Virus record (IMG/VR): IMGVR_UViG_3300012952_003062
Location: 1 to 46,197 of that record
DNA: 46,197 bases
Direction: 5' to 3' (one strand)
Origin: a virus
Lineage: Duplodnaviria > Caudoviricetes
Numbering within the stretch: position 1 is the first letter of the stretch; each line of letters opens with the position of its first letter. The notes under the pieces are model-generated. The model did not search any database. It had not been told where the DNA came from and was given only the letters and a program-made list of their open reading frames with translations. The translations under genes and the position numbers were made by a program. This document shows, piece after piece, positions 1 to 11,122 of this stretch.

Positions 1-507
1 ACTGGAGCACAGAACGGAATATATTCAGTAACTACAGTTGGAGATGCAAGTACAGCTATAGTACTTACTAGAACAATTGATGCGAACGTTGCTTCAGAAT
101 TAACAGGCGGTACTTTCGTTTTTGTAGAAACAGGTAATGCTGGTGGAGACAACGGATATGTGTTTACACATGATGGCACTCCTACTCTTGGAACCACTAA
201 TTTAACTGTATCTCAATTCTCGGGTGCAGGTCAAGTTATCGCAGGAGATGGGTTTAGTAAATCTGGAAACGAACTTACTGTAAATGTAGATGATAAATCC
301 ATAGCTACAAGTGGAGATGCATTAAGAATAAAAGGAATAGGCGGAACTGCGGTAGGTGACGTCTTGGTAGGTGTAGCTGCAAATGGTGGGTACAGTGCTC
401 TTGCTAAGCCTTCGGGAAATCATACAGCTTCAGATTACATTCTTAGCATGACTACAGCAGGCGTTGCGAAATGGGGAAACACTATAGATGGTGGGACCTT
501 TAGCTAA
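1..507 (+). CDS. Tail fibre/structural protein, C-terminal part (5' truncated by window edge)
   Basis: Frame is open from base 1 (TGAQNGIYSVTT...LTR...GGTFVFVETG...QFSGAG...IDGGTF), motifs typical of phage tail-fibre-associated proteins; the ORF-track start at 160 is internal. Confidence 0.7.
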   Translation, partial: TGAQNGIYSVTTVGDASTAIVLTRTIDANVASELTGGTFVFVETGNAGGDNGYVFTHDGTPTLGTTNLTVSQFSGAGQVIAGDGFSKSGNELTVNVDDKSIATSGDALRIKGIGGTAVGDVLVGVAANGGYSALAKPSGNHTASDYILSMTTAGVAKWGNTIDGGTFS

Positions 508-520
508 CACGGAGACTTAA

Positions 521-823
521 ATGGCAACAACAATCAAGCTGAAGAATTCTAGTACAGCAGATGCTACTCCGGGTGCAAGCGATTTAGAATTAGGCGAACT
601 TGCAATAAATACTAGAGATGGCAAGTTATTTATGAAAAAGGACGTATCCGGAACCGAATCTATAATCGAAATAAACGAAGTGCGCCCCGGAGCTATCAAT
701 TTCACTGTATCTACTACTGGACCCTCCAACCCGCAAGTAGGTGATATGTGGAAAAATTCAAACACCCTATCAACGTCAGTTTACTATTCGAATGGCGGGA
801 ATCCAATTTGGATAGAGATTTGA
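521..823 (+). CDS. Small tail-fibre-associated protein
   Basis: IKLKNSS...P..SDLELGELAINTRDGKLF is a common fibre N-terminal motif; P.NPQVGDMW motif; GGAG SD. Confidence 0.7.
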   Translation: MATTIKLKNSSTADATPGASDLELGELAINTRDGKLFMKKDVSGTESIIEINEVRPGAINFTVSTTGPSNPQVGDMWKNSNTLSTSVYYSNGGNPIWIEI

Positions 824-845
824 TAAAGAATAAAGGGATCTTCTA

Positions 846-3800
846 ATGTCAGAATATGTATTTCCAACTAACCCTAGCGATGGGGACACAGTTACGGTAA
901 GTGGTATTACTTATACTTATGTAGCGGCAAGCGGAAGTGTGCCTGAGCATTGGAAAAACAATGTTATTGGCATGTCTGGAAACTCTTTAACTATCGGAGC
1001 AGATTCCGGAAGTGATGATACGCTTGTAATTGGTACAGATACTTTAACTATTTCTGGTGATACAGGAATAACAACCACAGTATCCGACAACGAAATTTCT
1101 ATAGATTTAGATAATACTGCTGTAACTCAAGGTACTTATGGTAGTAGCTCGCAAACTCCTGTATTCGTAGTAGATGCAACAGGACGAATCACCTCCGCTT
1201 CAAATGTAAACTCCGTACCTAGCGGAGCCCTTACCATATCTTCCACTATTGAAACAGTTAATGCAACAGCAATTCAGCAGGGAGTACAATATCATATAGC
1301 TACTATAGGAACTACTGACTTCGAAACTGATTTCGGAGCTACAGAAGATTCCTCTGAGTCTTTAACAACAAATGAAGATTATATTATTAGTAGCGTTGGA
1401 ACTACTAACTGGGTTTTATGTGGTGCTGCAAGCAATAATGTTGGAGTTAAGTTTAGGGCTATCGGAAGCGCAGCAGGAACTGGAAAAGCTTTACGAAGAA
1501 TTTTTACAGCTAGCTCAGCCGGTACAGGAAGTTCCGGAACTGGTGTTGTAAACCCTAACACATTACATTATGTTACTTTTGCTACCGGTACTTCTGGTGC
1601 CCAAACAATAAAAGCTAACACAGGTTTAAGCTTTAACCCTAATACTGGAAACTTAACTGCTTCCAATTTGCAGGGTAGTTTTATAGGTAATGTAAGTGGT
1701 AACTTAGTAGGTAATGTAACAGGTAATGTAACAGGTAATATTACAGGAACAGTAACTGGAGGAGCCTCTAGTGCTTCTACAGTAATTGTTGCAAATAATT
1801 CCGCAGCCTCAGATAGTATGTTTGTATTGTTTGCAGACGGAGCTGCCGGAAATTCAGAAGCCGTAGAGGGAGACAACACATTTAGATTTAAACCCTCTAC
1901 AGACACTTTAACTATTGCTAATCTTAACACTACAGAAGGACTTTTAAAATTAGCTTCTGCAGACGGTACAGACGATGATACTAAAGACATAGGATTTTAT
2001 AGTGCGGTAGATACTACAACAGGCGAAGAAGTAGCTTCTATTACTTTAAATAATTTAAGTGAAATTGGAGGTTATACTTCTGCGCCTACAGTTACTCTAA
2101 GTGCTCCTCCTTCTGGCGGAACTCAAGCTACAGCAACCGCAACTCATAGCGGTAGTAGAATAACCGCAATTACTGTTGGCAATAGAGGTGCGGGCTATAC
2201 CTCTGCTCCTACAGTTACTATCGCGAGCCCTGACAAATTAACAATAACTTTTGCTGTTCCGGGAGACGTTAGCACTGCAAATAACGGTATCGGCCCTACT
2301 AGTGGGCATTCTTCTAGCTGGTTTCCTGTTGGTACTAAAGTGGTATATGGTAAGGGTTCCGCTTCAAGCCCTCTTAATGGGTTTGTAGATGGTGGTACCT
2401 ACTATGTACAAGGAGAGGTGGGAGATAGCTATAAACTCCGATTTACTACAACAGCGACAAATAGTGGGTCTGGTTCTGCGATTAGTATTAGTACTCCAGA
2501 GGCAGCTGAAGCAGCAAATAACCATACTTTTACAGTTCAAACTCCAACTGCAACTTCTTCTTTAGTCTCGAATCAGTATTCGGGACTATTTCGTGATGCT
2601 TCAGATGATAAGTGGAAATTTTTCAAAGGCTTAGAAGTAGCCCCTACTGGTTCAGCTGTAGATACTACAGGAACAGGATACGCAGCAGACACTTTAGTTG
2701 CAAATTTAGAAGGTGAAGTAACAGGTAATGTAAGTGGAAGCTCTGGTAGTACTACCGGAAATGCTGCAACAGCTACAAAATTAAGTAGTAATAGAACCTT
2801 TACTATATCGGGTGAGGTATCGGGCACTGTAACCACTGATCTAGCTAGTGGATTTGCCATGGGCGATGTAACGGTGGGATCTGATAAAATAGATGCGGAT
2901 AACTTAAAGGTAACAGGAAATGGATCTGCGGGTAATGTACTACAATCAGACGGGGATGGAACCTTTAGTTGGGGACAATCTTTACGCACTACTGACAATC
3001 CTACATTTAGCACAGTTACTGCAGATATCTTTACAGGAACAGCCTCAGAAGCATCTAAAGTAAGAGTTGTAGAGAATTCAGGAGATGCACTTTTTTATCC
3101 TACTTTTGTAGATAGTAATAATACTAGTGCTGCTCAGGAATATTTATATCTCAAAAATAATATAACTTTCAATCCCAGCAGTGGAACCCTAAACGTAACT
3201 AATCTTAATGTAAGCGGTACTACTGACATTGCTAATAATAATGCTGATACTTTAAAAGTAACTACTCGGCCTTCCGCATCATCGGGTGCTGCATATCTTT
3301 TAACCGCAGGAGTAAGTTCTACTACTGACACACAAACAATTCATACAGGTTCCCACCCCTATATAGATACTGGCGGCGTACTCCATCATGATGCATCTAT
3401 ATTTTCAGGTTTTGGCCTCATTGCTAAGCATTCGACCACCCCTTATCTTCAGTTAAACCTTGGGGGCACTAACACAGGCTCCTATAACATAATGAGTGAT
3501 AATGGAGTATTCAAAATACTGGAGCCTGGATCATCTACTAACTATTTTAATATCACAAGCGGCAACACTGAAGTCACAGGAAATCTTAGTGTATTAGGTA
3601 ATGTTACTTTAGGAAATGCAACTTCAGATACCGTTACTATTGCAGGAAACTTAAGTGTTAATGGCACAACTACAACTGTTAATACTGCTACATTAGACGT
3701 TACAGATAAAAATATTACTGTTGGAAAAGGCGCTACTTCAAGTAGTGCACTAAACGGAGCTGGACTAACTTTCGGTGAATCTACAGACGGCACAAGCGGC

Positions 3801-6800
3801 GAGGCTCTTTCTTTAGTTTGGAACCATTCTGGTAGTCGCTTTACATTTAATCAACAGTTAACAGCCACTCGTTTTCATGGTCCTGTAACTGGTGATATTA
3901 CAGGTGATATTACAAGTACAGGAACAAGTACTTTTGGAACAGTTGATATTAATGGGGGCTCAATTGATGCTGCAGTTATTGGTGCTAATTCACACAGTAC
4001 TGGTAAGTTTACCACATTAGAGGCAACTACTTCAATTACTGGTGATTTAACAGGTGATGTTAAGCACGCGGGTTCGGTTGTATTAGATGCTTCTACTGGT
4101 GCGTTGGCGGGTACTGCAACAAATGCAAATAAAATTGCTACACAAGGAACGGATACTAATGGTTCTTACTACTTAACTTTTGTAGATAGTGAAAATTCAA
4201 GTGCAGCTTATGAAGACTTAAAAACTTCTGATGGTACTTATGAGTTAAAATATAATCCAGCTACTGGTACTTTAAATGTACAATCCCTTGTAGCTGCAAG
4301 TTTATCAGGTTCTTCAAGCGGAACTGCTTCCGGATGGGATAGTGCTCTACAGATAAATGTAAGAGATGCTGAAGAAACCAGCACTACTATGGGTACTATA
4401 TCCTTTGATGGCACCTCATCTCCTTTAAATCTAGATCTAACACTAAATGCGACCGATCAAAACACCGCGAGCAGAATTGTACAAAGAGATTCCAGCGGTA
4501 ACTTTTCTGCGGGTACAATTACCGCAGTCGGATTAGATATTTCAAACGATGTAGACATAGACGGCACACTAGAAACTGATGCTTTAACAATTAATGGTAC
4601 TGCATCTTTAGCGTTCACTTCGGCTCAGTCGTTAAAACTAGACGGTATAGCGGCGAGTGCAAATAACTATTCTCTTCCTTTATCAGCAAATGATGTTAGA
4701 GGCGGTGTAAAAATAGGGTACTCTTCAAGTGGCAGAAATTATGCTGTACAACTCTCATCAGAGAAGATGTATGTTAATGTTCCTTGGGTAAATACAGAGT
4801 ATAGTGTTGGCGATGGAGGTTTATCACAGAATAACTTTACAACCGCTTTAAAGAATAAACTAGACGCTATAGAGGCTAACGCTACAGCAGATCAAACTGC
4901 CGAAGAAATTCAAGATATAGTCGGTGCTATGGTTTCAAGTAATACTGAAACCGGTATTACAGTAGAATACGATGATACTACTGGAAAACTCAACTTCAAT
5001 GCTAATGCTGCTCAAGCTACTACTATTGTAGTTGATGATGCCGACAATTCTTCTACTACTCACTATGTAACATTAATTCCTGCAGAAGGAGACGGCACTA
5101 CAGCACGAACTCTTGTTACTGAAGGAGACTTGCAATATAATCCACAGAGTGATACTCTTACTGCTGCTAACTTTGCAGGAAATGCTACCTCAGCTACTTC
5201 TGCAGGAACAGTAAGTACAGCAGCACAGACTACTATTACCTCCGTAGGAACCCTTACAGGACTAACCATATCAGGAGCTATAGACTCCTCAAGTAATATT
5301 AACTTAACTGGAGACCTTTCTTTAGACGGAAGTTCAAATGAGCTAAGATTTTATCAAGGAAGCAATTATGTAGGTTTTGAAGCGCCCTCCTCTTTATCAG
5401 GAGATAAAATTTGGGTTCTTCCTGCTGCAGACGGTACTTCAAATCAAGTATTAAAGACAGATGGTTCAGGAAATCTAGGATGGACCACTCCGGGATCTGC
5501 AAGTGCTTTAGAAGTAAAAGATGATGATAACGATTCTCAAACTGTTACTCCGGGCACAGGATTCTTAAAACTTACAGATGGCTCAGGAATTATTACAACT
5601 AATGCGACGAAATCTGGCGATGATGTAACTGTTGACTTTGGATTTTCTCATTTGGGAATACAAAGTCTAGCAGATCCCAATGCAGATAGAATACTCTACT
5701 GGGATGACAGTGAAGGTGCCACAGCTTGGTTAACCGTTGCAGGTTCTTTAAGTCTTTCAGGTAGTACATTAACAGGTACTAATACTACATATACCGCTGC
5801 AAGCAATGCGGGACTGTCTCTTAGTGGTACAGCATTCTCTGTTGACCTCGGTACTATAGCAGGAGCAACTCTTGCTACTAACGGCACAGATAAGATTGCC
5901 TTTATAGATGTTAGTAATAGTGATGTAACGAAAACAGCTACTATTTCAGAGTTAGCAACTGCTATAGCAGGAGCCGGCTTATCCGTATCAGGAGGCCAGT
6001 TGACTGCTACTGGTTCTTCTTTGACTATAGCGGCAGATTCAGGTTCTAATGATAGTGTTACAGTTGGTACTGATACTTTAACTTTTGCTGGGACGACAAC
6101 GATTGATACTACAGTAAGTAATAATCAAATTACTTTCAGTGTTACTGGTTCGAGTATAAGCACAGGACAGCTTGCATCCGGAGCAGTAACGACAGATAAA
6201 ATCGGTAATATAGCAGTCACAGTAGCTAAGATTGCTAACGATGCAGTTGAAACTGATAAAATAAAAGATCTTAATGTTACCGAAGGTAAACTTGCGGCAA
6301 ATGCAGTAGCTACTGCTAAGATTGCTAATGCTGCAGTCACATCAGCTAAACTTAGCGATAATGCAGTAATTACTGATAGAATTAACGATCTTGCAGTTAC
6401 CGGCGCTAAGATAGCTGCCGCTACAATTACCGGAGATAAGCTTTCCAATAATACGGTCGGAAGTGCTAAACTCGCAGATAGTATTGCTGTTACAGATATA
6501 TCGATCACCGGAAGTACGGATTCAACCAATACCACTTCAGGCGTTTTACAAGTTACTGGGGGCGCGGGCATCGGTGGAAACTTATACGTTGGCGGAAACC
6601 TTAATATTTTAGGAGACACGACAACGGTTAACTCAACTACAGTAACAATTCAAGATCCTGTATTTGAATTAGGAGCTTCTGGCTCAGATGACAATTTAGA
6701 CCGTGGTATAAAAATGCACTACAATAATAGTGGTGCAAAGTATGCCTTTATGGGATACGATGATTCGGACGGTAAATTTGTAATGATACCCGATGCTTCG

Positions 6801-9800
6801 GACACTAGTAATGTGTTTTCGGGTAGTGTAGGTACTTTAAAAGCTAATATCGAAGGAGATATTGAAGGAAACGCTACAAAGGTTAAAACAACACAGAATA
6901 ATACCCATAGTGGTACTGTTTATATTCCTTTTGTAATGACAGAAGGTAGAAATAGTGGCGATACTTCAGGTACTTTACATCAACAACTACATACAGATAA
7001 TCAACTTTATTTCAATCCTTCTACAGGTTATTTTAGAGCAGAAAACTTTCAAGGTAACTTAATTGGTAACGTAACTGGTAATGTAACTGGTAATGTAACG
7101 GGTAATTTTACTGGTAATGTTTCAGGATTGGCATCTACTGCCACCGCTCTAGAGACCGCTAGAAACTTTACAGTTGGAGGCACTGATAATTCTTTTGATG
7201 GAACCGGAGATGTTGACTTAACAGAAAGCATACAGGATACTGTAGGTGCAATGTTTAGTGGCAACACAGAATCTGGTATTACTGCCGTTTATCAAGATGG
7301 TGACGGAACTATTGATTTAACCGTTCTTCCTTCCGTACAAGTAGATCTTTCTAATAATAGTAATACTGATGCTTCTTATTATATTCCTTTCGCTGATGGA
7401 GCAACAGGAGGACAAGCACTAGAAACAGATACTAATTTAACCTATAATCCAAACACTGATATTCTTAGTGTGGGATACTACGATGGAAGCACTCCTCAAA
7501 CCGCGATAAGTTTGAATGGAGATATAGTTCCTACTCAAAACGAAATATTTGACTTAGGAAGTTCAACAAAAAGATTTAAAGATTTATACCTTTCTGGAAG
7601 CACGATTGTTATAGGTACAGGCTCAGCACAACAAACAATATCTGCTAGTGATAGTGGATTAACCATATCTGGTAATTTAATAGGTAATGTTACAGGTAAT
7701 GTTACAGGTAATCTAACCGGTAATGTAACGGGAACTTCGGGAAGTAGTACTGGAAACTCAGCAACAGCAACGGCTCTTGCAACAGCAAGAACTATTGGTG
7801 GAGTATCATTTGATGGTAGTGCGAATATTAATCTCCCTGGAGTTAACGCTGCAGGAAATCAAGATACTACCGGTAATGCGGCTACTGCCACTGTATTAGA
7901 AACATCGAGAACTATTCACGGCGTATCTTTTAATGGAAGCGCTAATATTGATTTAACCGAAGTAATTCAAGATACTGTAGGGGCAATGTTTAGTTCCAAT
8001 ACTGAAACTAACATAACTGCTACATATCAGGATGCCGATGGTACTATTGATTTAGTAGTTTCTGCGAGTAGTAGTTATGGGGACTCAGATGTAGACACCC
8101 ACCTTAATCAAAGTAATCCTACTAGTGGGTATGTATTAAGCTGGAATGGTAGTGATTATGCTTGGGTTGCAGCAGGGGGCGGAAGTGCGAGCACTAGTAG
8201 TGTTCAATCCTTTACTGCGGCTTCAGCTATTGCTAGTGGCAAGGTAGTCGTACTTAAAACGAATGGTCAAATTGAAGAAGTAGGAAATACCACTTTAGCC
8301 GCAGGAACTACAGCTTTTGCCAGTTTACCTGAAGTTACGGATGATGATGATTATAATAATGACTGGGGTAAAGTCGTTTATGATGCAGGAACAGGATACT
8401 TTGTTGCGTTATGGTCAGAAGGAAGCTCCGGTTCCACAGTAAATGCTAGAGTCTATGATGTTGTTGAAAGCGACTTAACTTTTAGTGGTGGAAGTAATGC
8501 TCAAGTTGCTACTTCTCATGCTGGTTTTGGTCAAGTTGTTGGTAGATCTGACGGAGCAGGCACTGTACTAGTAGTAGGAAGAAATGGAAATTCACATAGT
8601 ATTAAAGCTACTCCTATTACTATAAATAGCGATAAAACGTTTACTGTTGGTACTACAGCAACAATAGCAACTTATTCAGGTACTTCTAATCATCCGTTCC
8701 CAACAGATGTAGTATATGACTCGAATGTAGATAAATTTGTTATAAGAATTAGTCGTCAAGATACTAATAAAAATGTAGATATTTTTACCTGTTCAGTAAC
8801 GGGTTCAGGAACAAGCAAGACAGCAAGTAGTATTTCTGCGGACCAAATGTCCACCCATGACTACGCTACAGTATTACGACCTGAATTAATGACCTATGAT
8901 TCCACCACAAATCGAATTGTACATTTGTATCGTAATGCTAGTGGTCATCCTGCAGCTTTAATTGGTACAGTAGCTTCAAATGGTACTATTAGTTGGGGTA
9001 GTTCTCAAACAATAAATAGCGGAAGCCAAATGTACTTTGGTGTTCATGCTTATAACGGAAAAGTACTTGTCCATGTCGGTTCAGCAGAGTACGATATGGG
9101 CACTAGGTTGTGTACTATTGATGCTTCTGATAATAGTTTCTCTGCTGTTGGTAGTGCGGTAACTTTGCCTGCATGGGATAGCGGAAGCAGAACTAAGAGT
9201 AGTTCTACAGTAGATACTGTCAACGGAAAAATAGTGGTTCATTGGGAAGCTCAGAAGAGTGGTCAATATTATGAAGCATTTTCAATAGGCACTATTGGTT
9301 CTACAGCGGTTACTTATACTGCTGCAGCTTTAATGAACCGATGGAACAGCACTCAGACCACAGCTACTCAGCTAAAGAGTATGTTAACTGGAGCGTATGA
9401 TTCTACTAATAAAGTAATAGTAACCGCTGCTACTAGGACTTCTGATGGTTCTATGAAACTTCAGGCAAGAAGAACAACAGCTTTAAGTCTAGGATCCAAC
9501 TACGCTGATTGGATCGGTATAGCAACCGCAGCTATTAATTCAGGATCTGCCGGTGATATAACTGTTCTTGGAGGAGTAAGCACTAATCAAAGCGGACTAA
9601 CTGCAGGAACCAACTATTATGTTCATACAGATGGAACTTTAACCTCTACAGCAAATGATTACCCTATAGGAGAGGCACTGTCTGCAACCTCTTTATTAAT
9701 TAAAGGCGGAGTAATTGCAGGAGGCGTAAGTGTCACTCATACTTTAGCGGCTGATGGTGGAGTAAATGATACTCTAACTAGCGGGGAAACTTTAACTATC

Positions 9801-10796
9801 AGTGGCGGAGAGGGAATAGATACTACAGTATCAAATAATACAATTACTATTGATGCAGAATACGCATCTGAAACCAACTTTGGAGTTGCTACTTTTGATG
9901 GAACTGACTTTACTGTTTCATCTGGAGACGTAACTATTAATGCAGAAAGAATCCAAGATATAATTGGAGCAATGGTTACTGGTAATACTGAAAGTAATAT
10001 TACAGTAACTTACGATGATAGTGATGGTACTTTAGATTTTGTTGGAGCTACTAGCTTAGCAGATGACACTAGCCCTACTCTTGGTGGTAACTTAAATGTA
10101 GGTTCGAGCTCTTTAGTATCAACAAGTAATGCAGATATTAATATTACTCCTGATGGAACAGGTAATGTAAACTTAAGTACAGATACAGTAAGAGTAGGCG
10201 GATCTAACGAAAATGCAATTATTACTACTAATGGTACAGGGGATCTAACTCTTAGTACCAATTCAGGAACAAATTCAGGCACAATACTTATCGCAGACGG
10301 AGCTAATAGTAATATTACTTTGGATCCAAATGGTACAGGAAAAGTTGTAGTAGGCTCTGCTTTACAAGTAGGAGTTTATACTCTTCCTGCTACAGATGGT
10401 ACTGCGAATCAAGTATTAAAAACAAATGGTTCAGGCACCCTTAGTTGGGGAGAGCCACCTGGATCCGGTATCGAAACTTTTAGACAGTATGGAGCAGCAA
10501 GAATTCATACTGGAATTAAGAGATGGTATCCAAACTCTGCGGCTACTGTTAGTAAAATAGTAGCTCGAGTAAATGGAGCGCCTGTAGGAGCGGCAATTAA
10601 TTTAGCGATTAAGAAAGTTTCTGGAGGCAGCACAACAACAACAAATATGTCAATAGCAGCAGGCGCTTACAAGGCGGAAAATACTTCGCCAAGTTTGAGC
10701 CTGGCTTATGACGACTATATCACAGTAGACGTTACTCAGATAGGGTCAACTACTGCAGGTAATGACTTACAAGTAATCTTTACTTACTCATACTAA
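846..10796 (+). CDS. Giant (3316 aa) mosaic tail fibre/adhesin
   Basis: Gly/Ser/Thr/Asn-rich; FPTNPSDGD N-terminus; GNVTG repeats; AVTxxK decapeptide repeats; recurrent LPxxDGTxNQVLKTxGSGxLxW and QDxVGAMxxxNTE modules. Confidence 0.85.
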   Translation: MSEYVFPTNPSDGDTVTVSGITYTYVAASGSVPEHWKNNVIGMSGNSLTIGADSGSDDTLVIGTDTLTISGDTGITTTVSDNEISIDLDNTAVTQGTYGSSSQTPVFVVDATGRITSASNVNSVPSGALTISSTIETVNATAIQQGVQYHIATIGTTDFETDFGATEDSSESLTTNEDYIISSVGTTNWVLCGAASNNVGVKFRAIGSAAGTGKALRRIFTASSAGTGSSGTGVVNPNTLHYVTFATGTSGAQTIKANTGLSFNPNTGNLTASNLQGSFIGNVSGNLVGNVTGNVTGNITGTVTGGASSASTVIVANNSAASDSMFVLFADGAAGNSEAVEGDNTFRFKPSTDTLTIANLNTTEGLLKLASADGTDDDTKDIGFYSAVDTTTGEEVASITLNNLSEIGGYTSAPTVTLSAPPSGGTQATATATHSGSRITAITVGNRGAGYTSAPTVTIASPDKLTITFAVPGDVSTANNGIGPTSGHSSSWFPVGTKVVYGKGSASSPLNGFVDGGTYYVQGEVGDSYKLRFTTTATNSGSGSAISISTPEAAEAANNHTFTVQTPTATSSLVSNQYSGLFRDASDDKWKFFKGLEVAPTGSAVDTTGTGYAADTLVANLEGEVTGNVSGSSGSTTGNAATATKLSSNRTFTISGEVSGTVTTDLASGFAMGDVTVGSDKIDADNLKVTGNGSAGNVLQSDGDGTFSWGQSLRTTDNPTFSTVTADIFTGTASEASKVRVVENSGDALFYPTFVDSNNTSAAQEYLYLKNNITFNPSSGTLNVTNLNVSGTTDIANNNADTLKVTTRPSASSGAAYLLTAGVSSTTDTQTIHTGSHPYIDTGGVLHHDASIFSGFGLIAKHSTTPYLQLNLGGTNTGSYNIMSDNGVFKILEPGSSTNYFNITSGNTEVTGNLSVLGNVTLGNATSDTVTIAGNLSVNGTTTTVNTATLDVTDKNITVGKGATSSSALNGAGLTFGESTDGTSGEALSLVWNHSGSRFTFNQQLTATRFHGPVTGDITGDITSTGTSTFGTVDINGGSIDAAVIGANSHSTGKFTTLEATTSITGDLTGDVKHAGSVVLDASTGALAGTATNANKIATQGTDTNGSYYLTFVDSENSSAAYEDLKTSDGTYELKYNPATGTLNVQSLVAASLSGSSSGTASGWDSALQINVRDAEETSTTMGTISFDGTSSPLNLDLTLNATDQNTASRIVQRDSSGNFSAGTITAVGLDISNDVDIDGTLETDALTINGTASLAFTSAQSLKLDGIAASANNYSLPLSANDVRGGVKIGYSSSGRNYAVQLSSEKMYVNVPWVNTEYSVGDGGLSQNNFTTALKNKLDAIEANATADQTAEEIQDIVGAMVSSNTETGITVEYDDTTGKLNFNANAAQATTIVVDDADNSSTTHYVTLIPAEGDGTTARTLVTEGDLQYNPQSDTLTAANFAGNATSATSAGTVSTAAQTTITSVGTLTGLTISGAIDSSSNINLTGDLSLDGSSNELRFYQGSNYVGFEAPSSLSGDKIWVLPAADGTSNQVLKTDGSGNLGWTTPGSASALEVKDDDNDSQTVTPGTGFLKLTDGSGIITTNATKSGDDVTVDFGFSHLGIQSLADPNADRILYWDDSEGATAWLTVAGSLSLSGSTLTGTNTTYTAASNAGLSLSGTAFSVDLGTIAGATLATNGTDKIAFIDVSNSDVTKTATISELATAIAGAGLSVSGGQLTATGSSLTIAADSGSNDSVTVGTDTLTFAGTTTIDTTVSNNQITFSVTGSSISTGQLASGAVTTDKIGNIAVTVAKIANDAVETDKIKDLNVTEGKLAANAVATAKIANAAVTSAKLSDNAVITDRINDLAVTGAKIAAATITGDKLSNNTVGSAKLADSIAVTDISITGSTDSTNTTSGVLQVTGGAGIGGNLYVGGNLNILGDTTTVNSTTVTIQDPVFELGASGSDDNLDRGIKMHYNNSGAKYAFMGYDDSDGKFVMIPDASDTSNVFSGSVGTLKANIEGDIEGNATKVKTTQNNTHSGTVYIPFVMTEGRNSGDTSGTLHQQLHTDNQLYFNPSTGYFRAENFQGNLIGNVTGNVTGNVTGNFTGNVSGLASTATALETARNFTVGGTDNSFDGTGDVDLTESIQDTVGAMFSGNTESGITAVYQDGDGTIDLTVLPSVQVDLSNNSNTDASYYIPFADGATGGQALETDTNLTYNPNTDILSVGYYDGSTPQTAISLNGDIVPTQNEIFDLGSSTKRFKDLYLSGSTIVIGTGSAQQTISASDSGLTISGNLIGNVTGNVTGNLTGNVTGTSGSSTGNSATATALATARTIGGVSFDGSANINLPGVNAAGNQDTTGNAATATVLETSRTIHGVSFNGSANIDLTEVIQDTVGAMFSSNTETNITATYQDADGTIDLVVSASSSYGDSDVDTHLNQSNPTSGYVLSWNGSDYAWVAAGGGSASTSSVQSFTAASAIASGKVVVLKTNGQIEEVGNTTLAAGTTAFASLPEVTDDDDYNNDWGKVVYDAGTGYFVALWSEGSSGSTVNARVYDVVESDLTFSGGSNAQVATSHAGFGQVVGRSDGAGTVLVVGRNGNSHSIKATPITINSDKTFTVGTTATIATYSGTSNHPFPTDVVYDSNVDKFVIRISRQDTNKNVDIFTCSVTGSGTSKTASSISADQMSTHDYATVLRPELMTYDSTTNRIVHLYRNASGHPAALIGTVASNGTISWGSSQTINSGSQMYFGVHAYNGKVLVHVGSAEYDMGTRLCTIDASDNSFSAVGSAVTLPAWDSGSRTKSSSTVDTVNGKIVVHWEAQKSGQYYEAFSIGTIGSTAVTYTAAALMNRWNSTQTTATQLKSMLTGAYDSTNKVIVTAATRTSDGSMKLQARRTTALSLGSNYADWIGIATAAINSGSAGDITVLGGVSTNQSGLTAGTNYYVHTDGTLTSTANDYPIGEALSATSLLIKGGVIAGGVSVTHTLAADGGVNDTLTSGETLTISGGEGIDTTVSNNTITIDAEYASETNFGVATFDGTDFTVSSGDVTINAERIQDIIGAMVTGNTESNITVTYDDSDGTLDFVGATSLADDTSPTLGGNLNVGSSSLVSTSNADINITPDGTGNVNLSTDTVRVGGSNENAIITTNGTGDLTLSTNSGTNSGTILIADGANSNITLDPNGTGKVVVGSALQVGVYTLPATDGTANQVLKTNGSGTLSWGEPPGSGIETFRQYGAARIHTGIKRWYPNSAATVSKIVARVNGAPVGAAINLAIKKVSGGSTTTTNMSIAAGAYKAENTSPSLSLAYDDYITVDVTQIGSTTAGNDLQVIFTYSY
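1686..1760 (+). repeat. GNVTG-type 12-nt coding tandem repeat (recurs at ~7053-7125 and ~7671-7731)
   Basis: ggtaatgtaaca-like units in tandem. Confidence 0.8.
6160..6480 (+). repeat. About 10-aa AVTxxKIxxx tandem peptide repeats in the fibre
   Basis: AVTTDKIGNI AVTVAKIAND AVETDKIKDL NVTEGKLAAN AVATAKIANA AVTSAKLSDN... Confidence 0.8.
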
Positions 10797-10806
10797 GGAG
10801 AAAACT

Positions 10807-11121
10807 ATGGCTTTAGACAAGTCAGCACAGTCGGCGCTATTAACTGAGATAAGGGATTTAATAGGGATGGGAAGTACAGAAAACGATGCTTTTATTGCTT
10901 CTGTTCCAGTCACTATTTATCGTACATCACCAGGTATAGACGACTCTAAAAAATCTAAAACTTATTTGCTTGATAGTTCTCATGCAAAATTTGAAGAAGC
11001 ACAATATTGGGATTTGCCCTACACAGCGGCAGATGGAAACGGTATTTGGCAAGGAATAGTGTTAGGGGATCATACTAAAAAAGATTCTGACAACCTATGG
11101 ACTGAATATACAGGAGAGTAA
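10807..11121 (+). CDS. Hypothetical protein, possibly tail-fibre associated
   Basis: Strong AAGGAG SD; directly follows the fibre gene. Confidence 0.6.
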   Translation: MALDKSAQSALLTEIRDLIGMGSTENDAFIASVPVTIYRTSPGIDDSKKSKTYLLDSSHAKFEEAQYWDLPYTAADGNGIWQGIVLGDHTKKDSDNLWTEYTGE

Positions 11122-11122
11122 A

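Noticed and set aside
1379-10282. Many antisense ORFs opposite the fibre gene
   Set aside because: Shadow ORFs produced by codon bias in a repetitive Thr/Gly/Ser-rich gene; no SDs or motifs
846-10796. Iron-binding HxH motifs in the tail fibre (siderophore-mimic idea)
   Set aside because: No repeated HxH motifs were seen in the translation
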